A stretch of DNA of 64,000 nucleotides, taken from positions 21,082,001 through 21,146,000 of the forward strand of contig NC_045696.1 in assembly GCF_009834535.1 (NCBI RefSeq), in the 5' to 3' direction. This document shows positions 49,975 through 62,908 of this stretch, piece by piece. Origin of the DNA: Camelus ferus. Taxonomy: Eukaryota. The translations under genes were made by a program, and so were the position numbers. Every line of letters begins with the position of its first letter. Position 1 is the stretch's first letter. The notes under the pieces were generated by a model. It was not told where the DNA came from. It was given only the letters and a program-made list of their open reading frames with translations, and searched no databases.

Positions 49975-50445
49975 AAACCATTTTGTTTTACAACCGTCTT
50001 AGATTTGGCAAAGATAGTGTATAGAGAGTTTTTATATATGTTAGATCCAGTTTCCTTTATTATTAACATCTTACAAAAAGTATGGTGCATTTTTGAAAAT
50101 CAATGAACCTAAAATTAATACATTATTACTTGAAGTCTATACTTCCTTCAGATTTTCTTAGTCTTTCATTAATGACTGTTTTTGGGTCTGAGATTGCATC
50201 CATGATGTTACATTTAGTCATCACCTGTCCTTAGACTTCTCATGACTGTTCTCATCTATGGACTTTCTTTGTTTTTGATGAAATTGATAGCCTGGGGAGT
50301 AGTGGTCAGCTATATTATGGAATGTTTCTTGATTGAGATTTAGCTGATAATTTTCTGATGATTAGACTGTTATATATATAAGTATTGACTCATGAATATT
50401 TTATAGTTTGATTTATATTCCAATAACGTTGACCGTATTTTTAGG
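49975..50445 (-). mobile_element. Ancient L1MC/L1MD 3'-terminal segment
   Basis: caaagatagtgtatagagagtt...tattaacatctta...aatgaacc...acattattac...acatttagtcatcacctgtccttagacttctc are recalled L1MC/MD 3'-end motifs on the minus strand. Confidence 0.65.
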
Positions 50446-50454
50446 TAGTAAAAT

Positions 50455-51895
50455 ACATTTGACATATTACAATCCCTTTATTGTGCTCCTACCTGTTCAC
50501 CCAACAAATTGAAAATGTGCTTTCATAAAACATCTATACATGTATGTATATAGCACTTGATTCATACCCACTGAAACCTGAAAGTAACCAAAATATCCTT
50601 TAAAAGATTATGGATAAGCAAACTCTGGTGCATCATGAATAGATGGGGAGCTATCTAACCTGTGATTCTAACTATATGATAATCTGGAAAAGGCAACACT
50701 TTAGAGGCATTAAAAAGATCAGCAGTTGCCAAGAGTTTGGGGGAGGTAGGAAGGGTTGAGTAGGTAAGGCACAGGGGATTTTTTTGGATGGGGATAATAT
50801 TCTGTATAATATCATAATTATGGAAAATGAAATGATACATTTAAAAATTTGTGGACCTTTACAGCACCAAGAATACACTTACATGTGAAAATTAAAAAAA
50901 AAAAAATCATTTAGGAGGTCAGAAGATTCCAAAACAGAATGCAGGATGTGCAAATAACTAAGTATATTATAGTATATGAAACAAATTCACTGACCTTTGG
51001 AAATGAGGGAAATCTGGAAGATTAAAAGTTAAAGAAACTATGTAGAAGCATGGCATTCAGTTTGATAGAGTTGTTTCCCACAGACTTACTGGTTAACAAT
51101 TCTGATACCAATTACTATGGTCTGCATGTTTGTGCCCTCCCAAAATTCATACGTTGAAATTCTAACCCTCCAGATAATGGTATTAGGAGGCGGGGCCTTT
51201 GGAAGGTAATTAGGTTATAAGGATGAAGCCCTTATGAATGGAATTAGTGCCTTAAAAAAGGGTCTCCAGAGAGATGCCTGGCCAGGTCAATGCTGGTGAC
51301 TTGATCTTGGACGTGCTAGCCACTAGAACTGTGAGAAATAAATTTCTGTTATTTATAAGTTACCCTGTTTATGGTATTTTGTTAAAGCAACTTGAATGGA
51401 TTAAGACATCACCATGTATTTATCAGGAATTTAACAACTAGTTAAGTGGATTAGCTAAGTGGATGATGGATGGTGGGAGCAATGTTTCACATAGAGTAGG
51501 AGTTTAGAGATGAGAGATATCCCCTTAGAGATAAGCAAGGGGACAAGAATAGAAAAATGAATCAAAATTGGGTATATCATTATTCTCTTATGCTTACAAT
51601 AATGTAGGTACAGATAATTACATATAGATACATGTATAAATTGTGTGTATACACATGGGTTGATATACACACATATAATTGCTTGATGTCAGCTGAGAGG
51701 GCTTAGAATCAATGACACCCCAGTAGCTATGAGCACATCTAGCACACCAGATCTTGATTTTGAATAGCGTTCTCTAGCAAAGAAACAGGGCTCCGTGGAG
51801 AGAGAGCTGACCCTAGGTTTGGGGAAGGCAAAATCCAAGGCAGTCTTGAGCATCTTACAGAAACCAACGTAAGGAAGTGCTTAAACACACATACA
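50455..51895 (+). mobile_element. Ancient L1MC/L1MD ORF2-end and 3' UTR segment, opposite orientation to the adjoining piece
   Basis: ORF2-end motifs (gaaacctgaaagtaaccaaaatatcct...ggataagcaaactctggt), then tcagctgagagggcttagaatcaatgacaccccagtagctatgagcaca...aaacagggctcc, typical of the L1MC3/MD 3' UTR. Confidence 0.7.
51113..51408 (+). mobile_element. MLT1A-like MaLR LTR (internally deleted), nested in L1MC/MD
   Basis: tactatggtctgcatgtttgtgccctcccaaaattcatacgttgaaat...ggcggggcctttgg...agaactgtgagaaataaatttctgtt...tggattaagaca. Confidence 0.88.
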
Positions 51896-54659
51896 AGTAG
51901 AACAAACTTTTCTTTAGCCAAAGTATGTATAAATGATAACATCTGAACCATGATAACTGCTCTGGGAGCAATGTAAAGAGAACTGATAACAAAAACATTA
52001 AGGAGCTAGAGATCAACTTTTGACTGATTTAAATGTGAAGAATAGGAGGAAGGGACATACGTTAGAACTGTTATTTTCCATCTCAAACTTCCATGGTATC
52101 ATCCTAAAAAGGATGATATGTTCTCTTACTGTTACAAGGCTAAATACTTCTGTTAATGTCTCCAAACAAAGACCTTTCTTTCTTTAAGTAGCACTTTCGA
52201 TGTCCCCTTCTTCTTTGATGTCTTCTGCTTTGTCTTTGTTAAACCCCTTCAAACTCTGAGGCTACAATATGCCTCATAGGAAATGAAACCCTTTCCCTAG
52301 GAAAGACTGAGATGAGAGTAAGAAGTAGGGTGAAGGAGAGCATATTAAAGGGATAAAGGAATAAAATAATTCAAATATGGGTGAAGTTTAGAAAGTAATG
52401 GAAAGACTGGCTTTGGAAGCAGCTGAAAAACTACACAGGAAATTGAGCACTTGGTTGAACACTAATACTGTTTAGGGTGATAAGGAAAACTAGAGGAGTC
52501 AGTAGTTGTAGTTGTTGAGAGGATAGACTATTTCAATTACAGAGCTGTTCACTTAAGATGCTTGTGAAAAAAACAAAAGAATAAAGACAGCAAAAAATTG
52601 GATATTTAGGTCTGCAGTTAAGGGGTAAAAATAACAAGATCTAGGCTTAAGTTGTATGTCTGAGAGTCATCATTCCTCAGCTGTGAAATTGCAGCCGAGG
52701 TTTAAGTTCTCCTCTTCTGTTCCTCCCAGCCCCTCCATAACTCCCTCTATTGTTGCTGTCAGCACATGGTATAGTAAATGACTCGTGCTTTCCCCATTAA
52801 ACTATAAAGTCCCTAAGGGGGTTTTTAGGGGATCTCTTGAGTGCATGTTTTGGGTCTTAGTAATCTCTATTTCTCTGGTGTGTTACGTAACAGATATTTT
52901 AATAAATAAATGCATCTTTTTCCAGAAATAGGTTAGTCAGAAATTCTGCACAGTAAGCTGTGAATTAAGATGAATAGATATTAGAACCCACAGATTATAA
53001 AATATAAACTGAATTTCCAAATAATTAAAGCGTTTATTCACTGCTACATAGTAGGAAGTTAGAGTTTAGGGTAGAAATTATCTTTTGGCTTTCATTTTTC
53101 GCTCTTGGATATCAGTGTTTCCTAATTATATTCCTGAGGGTATAGCTAATTTTCAACACCCTTCTAAGATACCTATGGTTCTAAGTAGAATACTGCTTTA
53201 ATTTTACTAGGCCCTTTGGTGTAATTTTAGCACTGAATGCTACAAAATACATGTAAAGTTGTAAATAAATTTTTCTCTTCCAATGTGCCTGGAGTAAGCA
53301 GACAATAAGACTACACATTCCTCAAATTCCTTCTAAAGTATTGAAAATGTTAATTAATATCCATTTGGGAATCAATGAACCCCAATTTAAAATCCTTATT
53401 TCTAAGATGCATATCATTACAAACTCTTAGATCAAATACTAGGTACCTTGTATGTGCACAACAACTGTATTTATAGAACAAATAAATCAGTCAAATAAAT
53501 CAAGCCTTTTAGGGCCCTCGTGTATAGTGTGCTTTTACTAATGTCTGATGTATTCCGTATAAGCAATCAATCTCACATAAAATGTAAGCAAGATTAATCT
53601 GGCCAGAAATGAGGAGAGAAGGTGAATAATAACCCATGGCTGTGTGAATTGCTTGCCCCCTTTTCCAACCTATGCATTCAAAAACTCATCATTGACAAAC
53701 AGTAAAAGAAGACCGGCAATTTTCTAGGCAACTTCCAATTTAGAAAATATTTAGAATATGCTAATGATAATTTACTCTCTGGAAATATTTTAGGCATTTT
53801 GGAGAGGAATTAACTTTGATAGAGATGGAGGAAAGCATTACTTAGCAAATAATTGCTGATGTGCAATTAATCACCAGTTCTTTTTGGGCAAGCAAAAGAA
53901 CTTTGAATATTCATCATACAACTCCATTTTTCATAATTATTTTTATTGCCTTCCTAATTTAATAAACTTCACCAGCATATTTCTCAGCATGATAGGTATT
54001 TTCCTACAGTATGTTATAGCTTGTGTTTGAAGTTTTCAAAATTGTTTAAAATTTTTAAAATTATAATTTATTTACTGTAGTTTCATTATCTTGATTTTTG
54101 CAGTGTTATTTCCTTTTTAGTAAACAGGAAATAATAATAAAGTAATCCTATAATATTCTACCTAAATTGTAGGAGTTCAGTCTCCACTTCCTGCCAACTC
54201 AAAATTCAAATAAACACTTGATTGTAATATATAATCCACTTGTAGAGTCAATAAAGCTTTGGTAGCTTTATGATTTGTTTCTACTCATGAAATATGATAG
54301 AATGGCAAGTTCATCCATTGTGTTTATGATGTATATGGACTTATATATATTGCGCTTGAAAACTATTTGCTTTTTCCCTCTTTGACATCACCTCTGCATC
54401 TTAACTCAATGCCCGACTTGCTTGCTCCTCACTTTTCATTTTCTCCCATCTGCATTTCTCATCTTCAATACCTAGCTTGCCCTGTCCCACCTGAATGTTT
54501 ACCTAAAGTATGTTTACTGAATGTAACTACCACCTAATTACATCAGTAACAGATTAGGCATCTGCATTGTGGGCTCCCTTCTTGTATTACTGCAGTTAGG
54601 GGGCAAGAAGTTAATGCATTGATCCCATATAAGGGATCAATTAACAAGCACGGTAATAA

Positions 54660-54840
54660 AGCAAATACAAATTCACATCTCAGATTTGCCATTTATTTCC
54701 TGTATGATCCCCAGCAAAATTTTAAACTACTTCATCTTCCTTTTTCCAGTCTGTAAAATGATGATTAAGTTGGCTTATTAACTGTTGTTTAAATAAGGCA
54801 GTGTATAAATAACATGGTGTCCATGAATATTGGTAATAAA
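54660..54840. mobile_element. MIR SINE fragment
   Basis: tgccatttatttcctgtatgatcccca...tccagtctgtaaaatga resembles the MIR core. Similar degraded cores at ~47350-47470, ~59830-60000 and ~60490-60620. Confidence 0.55.
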
Positions 54841-57684
54841 AGAGGTGCCTATAATTATGGTTTTATCATTATTGTTTTACTTTTGTTGTCTTAAAGACAA
54901 TTCCATCTCTTATGTTTCTCTATATAAAATACAAATATCTCAGGGATGTTATCGATTAAAACTTTTTCTTTAGCCTTAATGACTGAGCACCAATCCTAAG
55001 GAGAGTTAAAGGAAAAGGCACGCAATTTAAGGAAAGGGTGACATAATTCCCGCCTTCATTCATGTTGCAAGGAATGTGGCCAACACGGTTTTTGGTCATC
55101 ACACCATGGGAAACACTGAGGTAGAGAGCGTTTGGTACTATTTCTATCTACATCTTTACCACAAATACGAGTATTTGAGCTTAAGTAGAGCACATGATTA
55201 TTTTTGTGATTTACAAGCTTAATTTTAGGAAAAAGTTCAGGTGAGTTCAATTCTCATCATTGAGAAATACATATTTAATGTTTCTTTCAAAAAGAGGGAG
55301 AGGATTGCTTTTCTTATAAAAATATTTCCACCAGGTGATTATTTTGTGGGGGCTGGTAAATGTCACGTGCAAATGATCTTCCACATGTAGTTATTTACGT
55401 CTTCTAATTAATCAAACATTATATTGTTGGGCCTAGAAGTAAAAAAATACATCTAGTCATTCATTTAATACACAAGCTATAATAGTTAACACGGACTGAA
55501 ATTTTAAAATATAAGCTCCCATGTCTAATTAGTACTAAAACTGGGTTTTGAGCTCAACTCCATTTTACTTCATAGATCCTATAAGATGTAATGCCTGTAA
55601 GTAAAACCATACTATCTCTCATAAATTTATTTCCACTGATTATTCAGTCTTTTTTGGAACTTTGCTATTAGAGACAGGGAAGAAAAAGAATTAGGAGGAG
55701 TAAGGAGCTGTATATAAAGGACAAGAAAAAGGGAATGTTAATATTGAACAGCAATGTAAGCAAAAAAAGAGACTGAAAAACTGTTCTAAAACTCATTTGT
55801 GTACTACATCCCTACACAGGCATATGTGGGGTGTGTGTATGTGTGTGTGGTGTGTACAGGTATTTGTAAAATGCACCATTGTGGAGCTTTAAAATATATG
55901 ATTATTTTTGCTACTTTCATGAATGTGACTGAACCAAAGGTTCAACATTGACATTCCATCTGGATCGCAAGGGGAAGGGTACCTCAAAGACAAAAGCCCA
56001 TCAGAGAATACAAATTGCTTCTAAGTCTTCAAAGTTCAAATGTAATAACCATTTGCAAAAGCAGTTTAAGGGATATCAACTGCCATTGAGATTGCATTTA
56101 TTTAGGGAGGACATCAAAGGAAACCAGAGTTCTCACCATGTCGTGATTTATGGATTTGGCTTGAACACTTTTAATTGCTTCCTTAGCACGATAGGATGAG
56201 TACAGATGCAAGAGATTCACTCAGCTCAAATTCCTGGGAATACAGACCACTTGATTTTCTTTTGCTGACAGTCTCAAAGGTATTATCGTGGCAAATAGGT
56301 CAAAATGTTATTTCACATCCCCAACCAGAATGGGCAAAGCTACTACTACTATTAAGGTTACTACTTTTTCAACAAACTATTAGCCTTTCAAAATCTTTAT
56401 GATAAAACTTTTGAAGAAATATGTTAATAAAAGACATAATTTTACTGAGAATATTTACCTGAGCAAACTAACTGATTATATCTTAGTAAAAATTAACATA
56501 ACAATTACAGAGACGTCTAAAATATTCATAAGTAAGAGTGGAATATTTTCACTTTAAATAAAAATAGTAATCGTTATTTCTTTCTACCTATGGTGTCTAC
56601 AAATGCAAATATTAAGAAATATCACCTTATTTGCTCTCAGATATGTCAATTTTATTTTGATTTTCTGTCCAGCTAAAATAAGTAGTTAAATCTGGAGAGT
56701 GCAAAGGTCAGTTTAACATACGAAGTACTAGGAATTTATTATCTGCTACTCGTTCATTTCAACTATCATAACTAATTTATCTATGGCTAGCTTCTTCATT
56801 AAAACAATAAAACATGGTTGAAAACCACAGAAGTGTACATAGTGAGTTAAGCTTTTTGCCAAGGGATAATTAAGATATTTGAAATTCAAAAATTATCCCA
56901 TTTATTCTCACTAATGTACAAGAGAAACAAAGGTAAACATGAATAATAAGGACAAAAAAACTTATAAATACAAAACTGAATTTAAGAGTGCTCAATGTAT
57001 GAATGTCAGTTACCAAAAAAAGCCATTCTTTTCTCCTGACTAGTTAATTGAAACTAGGACTATTTACATCTGTGGTGACACTGCTTTTATGACTTTGTCT
57101 TTTCCCCTTCCTGGTAAATCCTTTCCTCTGTGTTCAGTTTAACAGTGTTGGTTTGTTCCTCAGAATTCATATACACCTCAATTTTTGAGCTCCTTTCCAT
57201 TTTATACACACACACACACTTGTATAATTTATATATGGATACACATATTTACATAAATACATCAATATTTTATATACATATAAAATTTATTATATATTAT
57301 TGAATTTATCACATCTGAATCTGAGATGAGATACATGCTCCAGGATATGAATATTCATTTTAGTTATTTAAAATAATTAAGAATTTATCTTATATCAGAA
57401 ATATATCAAAAATAATTTAAACAGCATTCAATTAATTGCATATTAGAAAGGAGGCAAGATACTTTACAGAGTTTATCATTAGTAATTACTGATTCCTTGT
57501 AAGGTGGAGATTTTTCTTACACTTTAATGGAAATACAGTAAATAGCCCAAATTCTATAACTTAATCAGTGTCCCTCAGATAATAATGATAAAATATATTT
57601 GTGTGAGTAGAAAATTTGTTTCTTCCTATAGCACACTGCCTTCCATATTAATACTTATATAAGAAAAGATATACTGAGTTTGAA

Positions 57685-57794
57685 GGGAGACGGGGGTATA
57701 GATTAGTGGTTTAGCGCACGTTTAGCATGCATGAAGTTGTAGGTTCAATCCCCAGTACCTCCACTGACAGAAAAGAAAAGGAAGAAAAGAAAAA
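57685..57794 (+). mobile_element. tRNA-Ala-derived SINE (camelid Vic-1-like)
   Basis: GGGGGTATAGATTAGTGGT (A box)...TTAGCATGCATGA...GGTTCAATCCCCAGTACCTCCA (B box), GAAAA tail, degenerate TSD (AAAAGATATACTGAGTTTGAA / AAAAGTGTATATTAGTTTGAA). Confidence 0.85.
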
Positions 57795-57829
57795 GTGTAT
57801 ATTAGTTTGAAAAGAGAATTTTGGTTTTT

Positions 57830-59602
57830 ATTATATAAGCAATGAACTTGAAATTAACAAAGAAACTCCATTTAAAATAACTTTCCCCCAGAACACTTAA
57901 GAATATATTTATCAACAATTATAAATATAAATATTTTACATTGAAAATAATAAAATATTGCTGAGAAAAATTAGAGAAAGTCTAAAAAAAATGGAGAGCT
58001 ATTTCATGCACATGTATGGAAGACTCAATACTGTTAAGATGCTAATTTTCCTCAAAATTATCTAAAAATTCAACAATGCCTATTGCATTCCCCATATAGT
58101 TTTTTTTATAATTAACAAGCTTATCCTAAAATTTACATAGAAATGCAGAGGCTCTAATATATATAAAATATTTTGAAAAAGAAAATCAAGTAGGAAGACT
58201 TAACACTTCTCAATTTCAAAATTCACTATAAAACTATTGTCCTATCAAGATGAATGATACTGGGGTAAGGGTATATACGTAGATTAAGGTAACAGAACTG
58301 ACAGTTCAGAAACAAATCCTTATGTGATGATCAATTGATTGTTGACATAGATGTCAAGACAAATCAGCAAAGAAAAAGTAGTTACTTTATCAAATTGTGC
58401 TGGAACAACTGAATATCCATATTACAAATAATAAATTTATACCTGCACTCCCTACACTATATCCCCAACATATATTCAAAATGGATAGTAGAGATGAATA
58501 TAGGAGCTTAAACTACAAAACTTCTAGAAGAAAACACACATATAAATATTTAAGGCCTTGTATCAGGCAGAGTCCTTAGATATTATATACAAAGCAGGAT
58601 ATATAAAATAACAACCACAACAACAAAGATAAATGGGACTCCATCAGTGTTAAAACCTTTGTGCTTCAAAAGACAAATAATGAAATTAAAAGCTAAACCA
58701 CAGAGTGGGAAAATGTTTGTAAATCATGTACCTGAGAGAGGGATTATATTCAGCATATAAAAAAAAACCTTACAACTCAATAATATGAAGACAAACATAA
58801 AGTTAAAAATGGGTATAATATTTAAAGAAACATTTCTCTAAATGATAAAACGGCTAATAGACACATGAAAAGAGGGTCAACATCAGCAGTCATTAGAGAA
58901 ACACAAAGTAAAACCGCAGTGAGGTGTTGTTTCATACCTCCTAGAATGGCTTTAATTAAAGAGAAAAAAAATAACAAGTGTAAGCAAAGAGGAGAAATTA
59001 GAATCCTCAGATGATTATAGTGGGCATGTAAACGGATAGAGACCTTCGGGAAAAGTGGGCAGTTTCTAAAATCAAACATAAATACCATATGAAGTACTGA
59101 ATCTGCTGTTAGGTATTTACCCAAGAAAAATGAAAGAAGACTTGTATGCAACTGTTCATAGCTGTATTATTTATAATAGCTAAAATGTGAAAGGAATCCA
59201 AATGTCCACTAGTTGGTGAATGGACAAGCAAAAATGTAGTGCATCCATACAATGGGACACTCTTCAGCAAAACAACAACAACACAACAACAACAACAAAA
59301 ACTACAGTTTGAACCTCAGGAAGTATATGTTAGACACAAAGACTATATATTTTATTACTTCATTTATATTAAGTATCCCTAAAAAAATATCTATAGCAAC
59401 AGAATCCAGATTAGTGGGGACTTGGGGTGGAAACTGGGATTCACTAGAATTGTGCATGAGGTATATTTTAGGGTGATGGAAATGTTCTAATATCAGACTG
59501 TGGTGATCATGACAAAACTTTATAAATATACTAAAAATCATTGAACTATACACCTAATTTATGGGATGTAACTTATACTTCAACAAAATTGTTTGAAAAA
59601 AG
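57830..59602 (+). mobile_element. Ancient L1M (L1MB-ME type) ORF2 3' half and 3' UTR
   Basis: ggaagactcaatactgttaagatg; aaattgtgctggaacaactgaatatcca; gacacatgaaaagagggtcaacatcagcagtcattagagaa; gggtgatggaaatgttcta...aaaatcattgaactatacac; A-rich end. Confidence 0.85.
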
Positions 59603-62585
59603 CAAACACTAAAGGGCTCAAAATTTTAGGAGGCTAACTGATTTTTTTTAATCCTGTGGTGTGGAATGCCTACCCTAAGCAAGATTTAAAAATTCTAAAG
59701 CAGTAAGTGATGGGACTGATGATTTGGTTACTTCATATTAAATAAAACTGTATTTACAAAGGACACCTTAAACCGAGTTGAAAGTGGAGTGATGACAAGA
59801 AAGACAAATTCCAATATAGTAGAATAGTTAGAGTGGACCCTGAAAGTGTATTTCTCAGCTTCTACTCCTAGCACTAACTCTTATGGAGTATGTGATCTTT
59901 GATAAATCATATCACTTCAAATTTTTATTTGTGCAATGTGATTTGTACCATGTGATTTTTTTATTACAGAATTTTGTTAGGATTAGATCTGTCTTTTTAG
60001 CTACTTGCCTATCATCCTATCATCTATTCATCCATCCATCCCTCCATCCACCACGTAGGACACACGGAAAGCATTATATAAGTCTTCGCTTTAGTGTTTA
60101 CTGAGCTTTCCAAGTCCAGGTGTAGGGCCAGGGTGCTAAGGGTATTAATTTGGTAGAACAAGTTTCCTACCAAAAATATTATGTATACCTATCTCTCTCT
60201 CTATAGATATATATCTTTTCTCTATTTTCTCTGTTGAGATTCCATATATATTTTACCTTGAAAATAAAAGGATGCATTATTTAAATAAATAATGCATTGA
60301 TAGATAATTAATCAATAACATTCCTGTTGTACAGTTACCTAAATTCTATTTTTGATGAAGCTGAGCCAGAGAGAAAATGTATCTGTTGTTTGATGTCACA
60401 TAGTTCATGGAGTAACACTAAAAGGATTTGGGTTTCCTGATTCTACAGATGGAAAGACAGTATTAAAACTTAGGGTAAATAAAATGTTAGCATAGCGATG
60501 AAGAGCTCAGGATGCAGACTTGGGTTTGAAACTTTGTTCTGATAGACTGGTGTGTGAGAGCTTTGCTTTCCTGTGCCTCAGTTTTCTCATTTGTAGAATA
60601 TGTAATTGTATCTAGCTCGTATCTGTAAATGTGCGTGCATGTGTGTGTAATATGGTGAGAGGATGTGGGTGCATATGTGCATGTATTATATGTGTGTATG
60701 TGTGTACACGTGTATATTTATACACATACATATATTTGTGCATTTGCACCTGTGTCTTTGTGTTGTCATACATCTTGCCAGACAATAATAACTCCTATTT
60801 ATGCTAGAATAGAAAAATTAGGAATATAAGCAAATATTTTGAAGCAGAAATCATTTTAAAACCTGTTTATTCTGATTATTTGGTAAGTACAATACTCTTG
60901 ATGTTTCAAATAATATCACACTATTTACAAAGATTAAGCAGAACTGAGTTATTTATATGGATAATACCTCCCCTGACTAATCATTATAAATGAATCCAAT
61001 TACTGCTATGGGATATGTTGTAATTGAATTGGACTTAAATGTTTATATTTAACATCTACTTACATAGTTAGGTCCGTGAGGAATATGTTCCCCAATACCT
61101 GTAATACTTCTTGAAACGGAGTTGCCTAATGAAGTCTCTATGAAATTCACATAATTATTAGTTGGAAGCACAATATAAATTTTCTAATGACTTTTCAGTC
61201 GTAACTTAAAGTGATAGAAATATGACACCAAAATGGATGTACTGTCAGGGTATGTTCTGATGAGTTGGTTATTTCCAGGAGATTATGACACTGATGGTTT
61301 TTAATCATTTGGTTAAAAGGAAGAAAAAAGAAAACCTTCCTCTTTCACCTTGACAATGAAATTGTGATGAAAAACTGATTATCTAACTATGACCACAGAA
61401 TCAATCATTTCTTAACACACGCTCTCAGGAAAAATTAAATTAACATTGAAAAAGAGAAATATGAAAATAGCTTACTGGTTACTGTCAAACAGAAAGGATC
61501 TGGAGGGCATGCCAGGTTTTATGTAATTTAGTCTCATGCTTGCTAGAATACATATGATGTAACGATTATTGCTGAATGGGGAGGATACTGCTCATCTGTT
61601 AGTGTAACACTTGTCTGCTACTTAAATAATCTAAAATCTCAGGCATAAACAGCTTTCCTGTTTCTTGTTGGGCTGACAGAGCATTTCAGATGTCTTTCCT
61701 GGAGAGTCCCTGCCAAGTGGTAACTCAATAGTATTTGCTACTTTAATTGTGTGGCTGTGCTAAGCTCTAGTCTTTCCTTTAAGTCCATGAAGATGGGGTA
61801 AAGAAAGAGCCCATGAATTTTAGGAAGACCTTAGGGATCAGGGCTAGATTTAACTGGAGTTGGGGTACCAGCTTCTACCCATATCTAAGTGGTTAGACTT
61901 AATCAGTCTCCAACTTCAATGCAAGGGAGATTGGAAAATGTAGTCTTCCTATGCCTCCTGTGAGACTTTCCTGAAAACCAAGTAGAATAAATGGGATGGG
62001 GATCTAGTCACTTGATTTCATTGTACAATGAGAGTAAGTGCTTGATATTTTTTCATCATTTATTATGCTGTTAAGCTATATTTAAGGGTATAACTATTTA
62101 TCAAAGTCCTATATTCTCATGCCAATGTATTTTATTTTCTAAAGTGTATTTTATTTTTTAAATGTATAAATGAAAATACTAAGGATATATTAACTCAAAA
62201 AACCCAGTATGTCCCTGGCTCAGGGCCTTATATTTGTGTTGTCAGTGTCATCTCAGCCCTCAGTATGAAGTTCTTATTTTTGCCTCTATGAATCTCAGTA
62301 ATTTTCTAACAATTTTATCATTTTAAAAGTAACCAGTCCTTTTGGCATCACTGTTTTGACAGCACTTAAGAAAGCATATTTTGTTTCTTAAAAAAAAAAA
62401 GAAGCTAAATTTGTATTACTTCTGGTTTTTAGAGTTCCCATTAGAATCATCTCTAATATTTAGGCTTAAAAAGGAATTATGCCAAATATTTAAAATATTA
62501 CAATTTTTTCTTTCCCCACAACTTATACATGCTTTTGAAGTAATCAATTATCTGTCATAAAATATTTTAATTGTAAAATATTTTC

Positions 62586-62908
62586 TTTTTTTAATTGAAT
62601 TATTGTCAGTTTACAATGCTGTGTCAATTTCTGGCATACATTACAATTTTTCAGTCATACATGATTATACATATATTCATTTTCATATTCTTTTTCCCCA
62701 TGAGCAGTATACCACAAGATCTTGCATGTATTTCCCTGTGCTATACAGTGTAAACTTGTTTATCTATTCTATATACACCTGTCAGTATCTACCAGTCTCG
62801 AACTCCCATTCTGTCCCTTCCCACCCACCTCCCCTCTGGCAACCATAAATTCGTATTCTATGTCTGTGAGTCTGTTTCTGTTGTATATTTAAGTTCATTT
62901 GTCTTCTT
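62586..62908 (-). mobile_element. 5'-truncated L1 3' UTR (camelid-type)
   Basis: Colinear with 37455-37720 (ttacaatgctgtgtcaattt, caatttttcagtcatacatg, tttccctgtgctatacagtgta, tgtctgtgagtct). Degenerate TSD taaaatattttctt/tagaatgctttctt. Confidence 0.9.

Noticed and set aside
52811..52830. CCCTAA...TTAGGG telomere-like inverted pair
   Set aside because: Single units only; chance occurrence.
55362..55374. GTCACGTG E-box next to an octamer-like GTGCAAAT
   Set aside because: Isolated motifs without supporting context; cannot be distinguished from chance.
57692..57763. tRNA-Ala gene
   Set aside because: Stem mismatches, an A-rich tail, flanking TSD-like repeats and no oligo-T terminator indicate a SINE.
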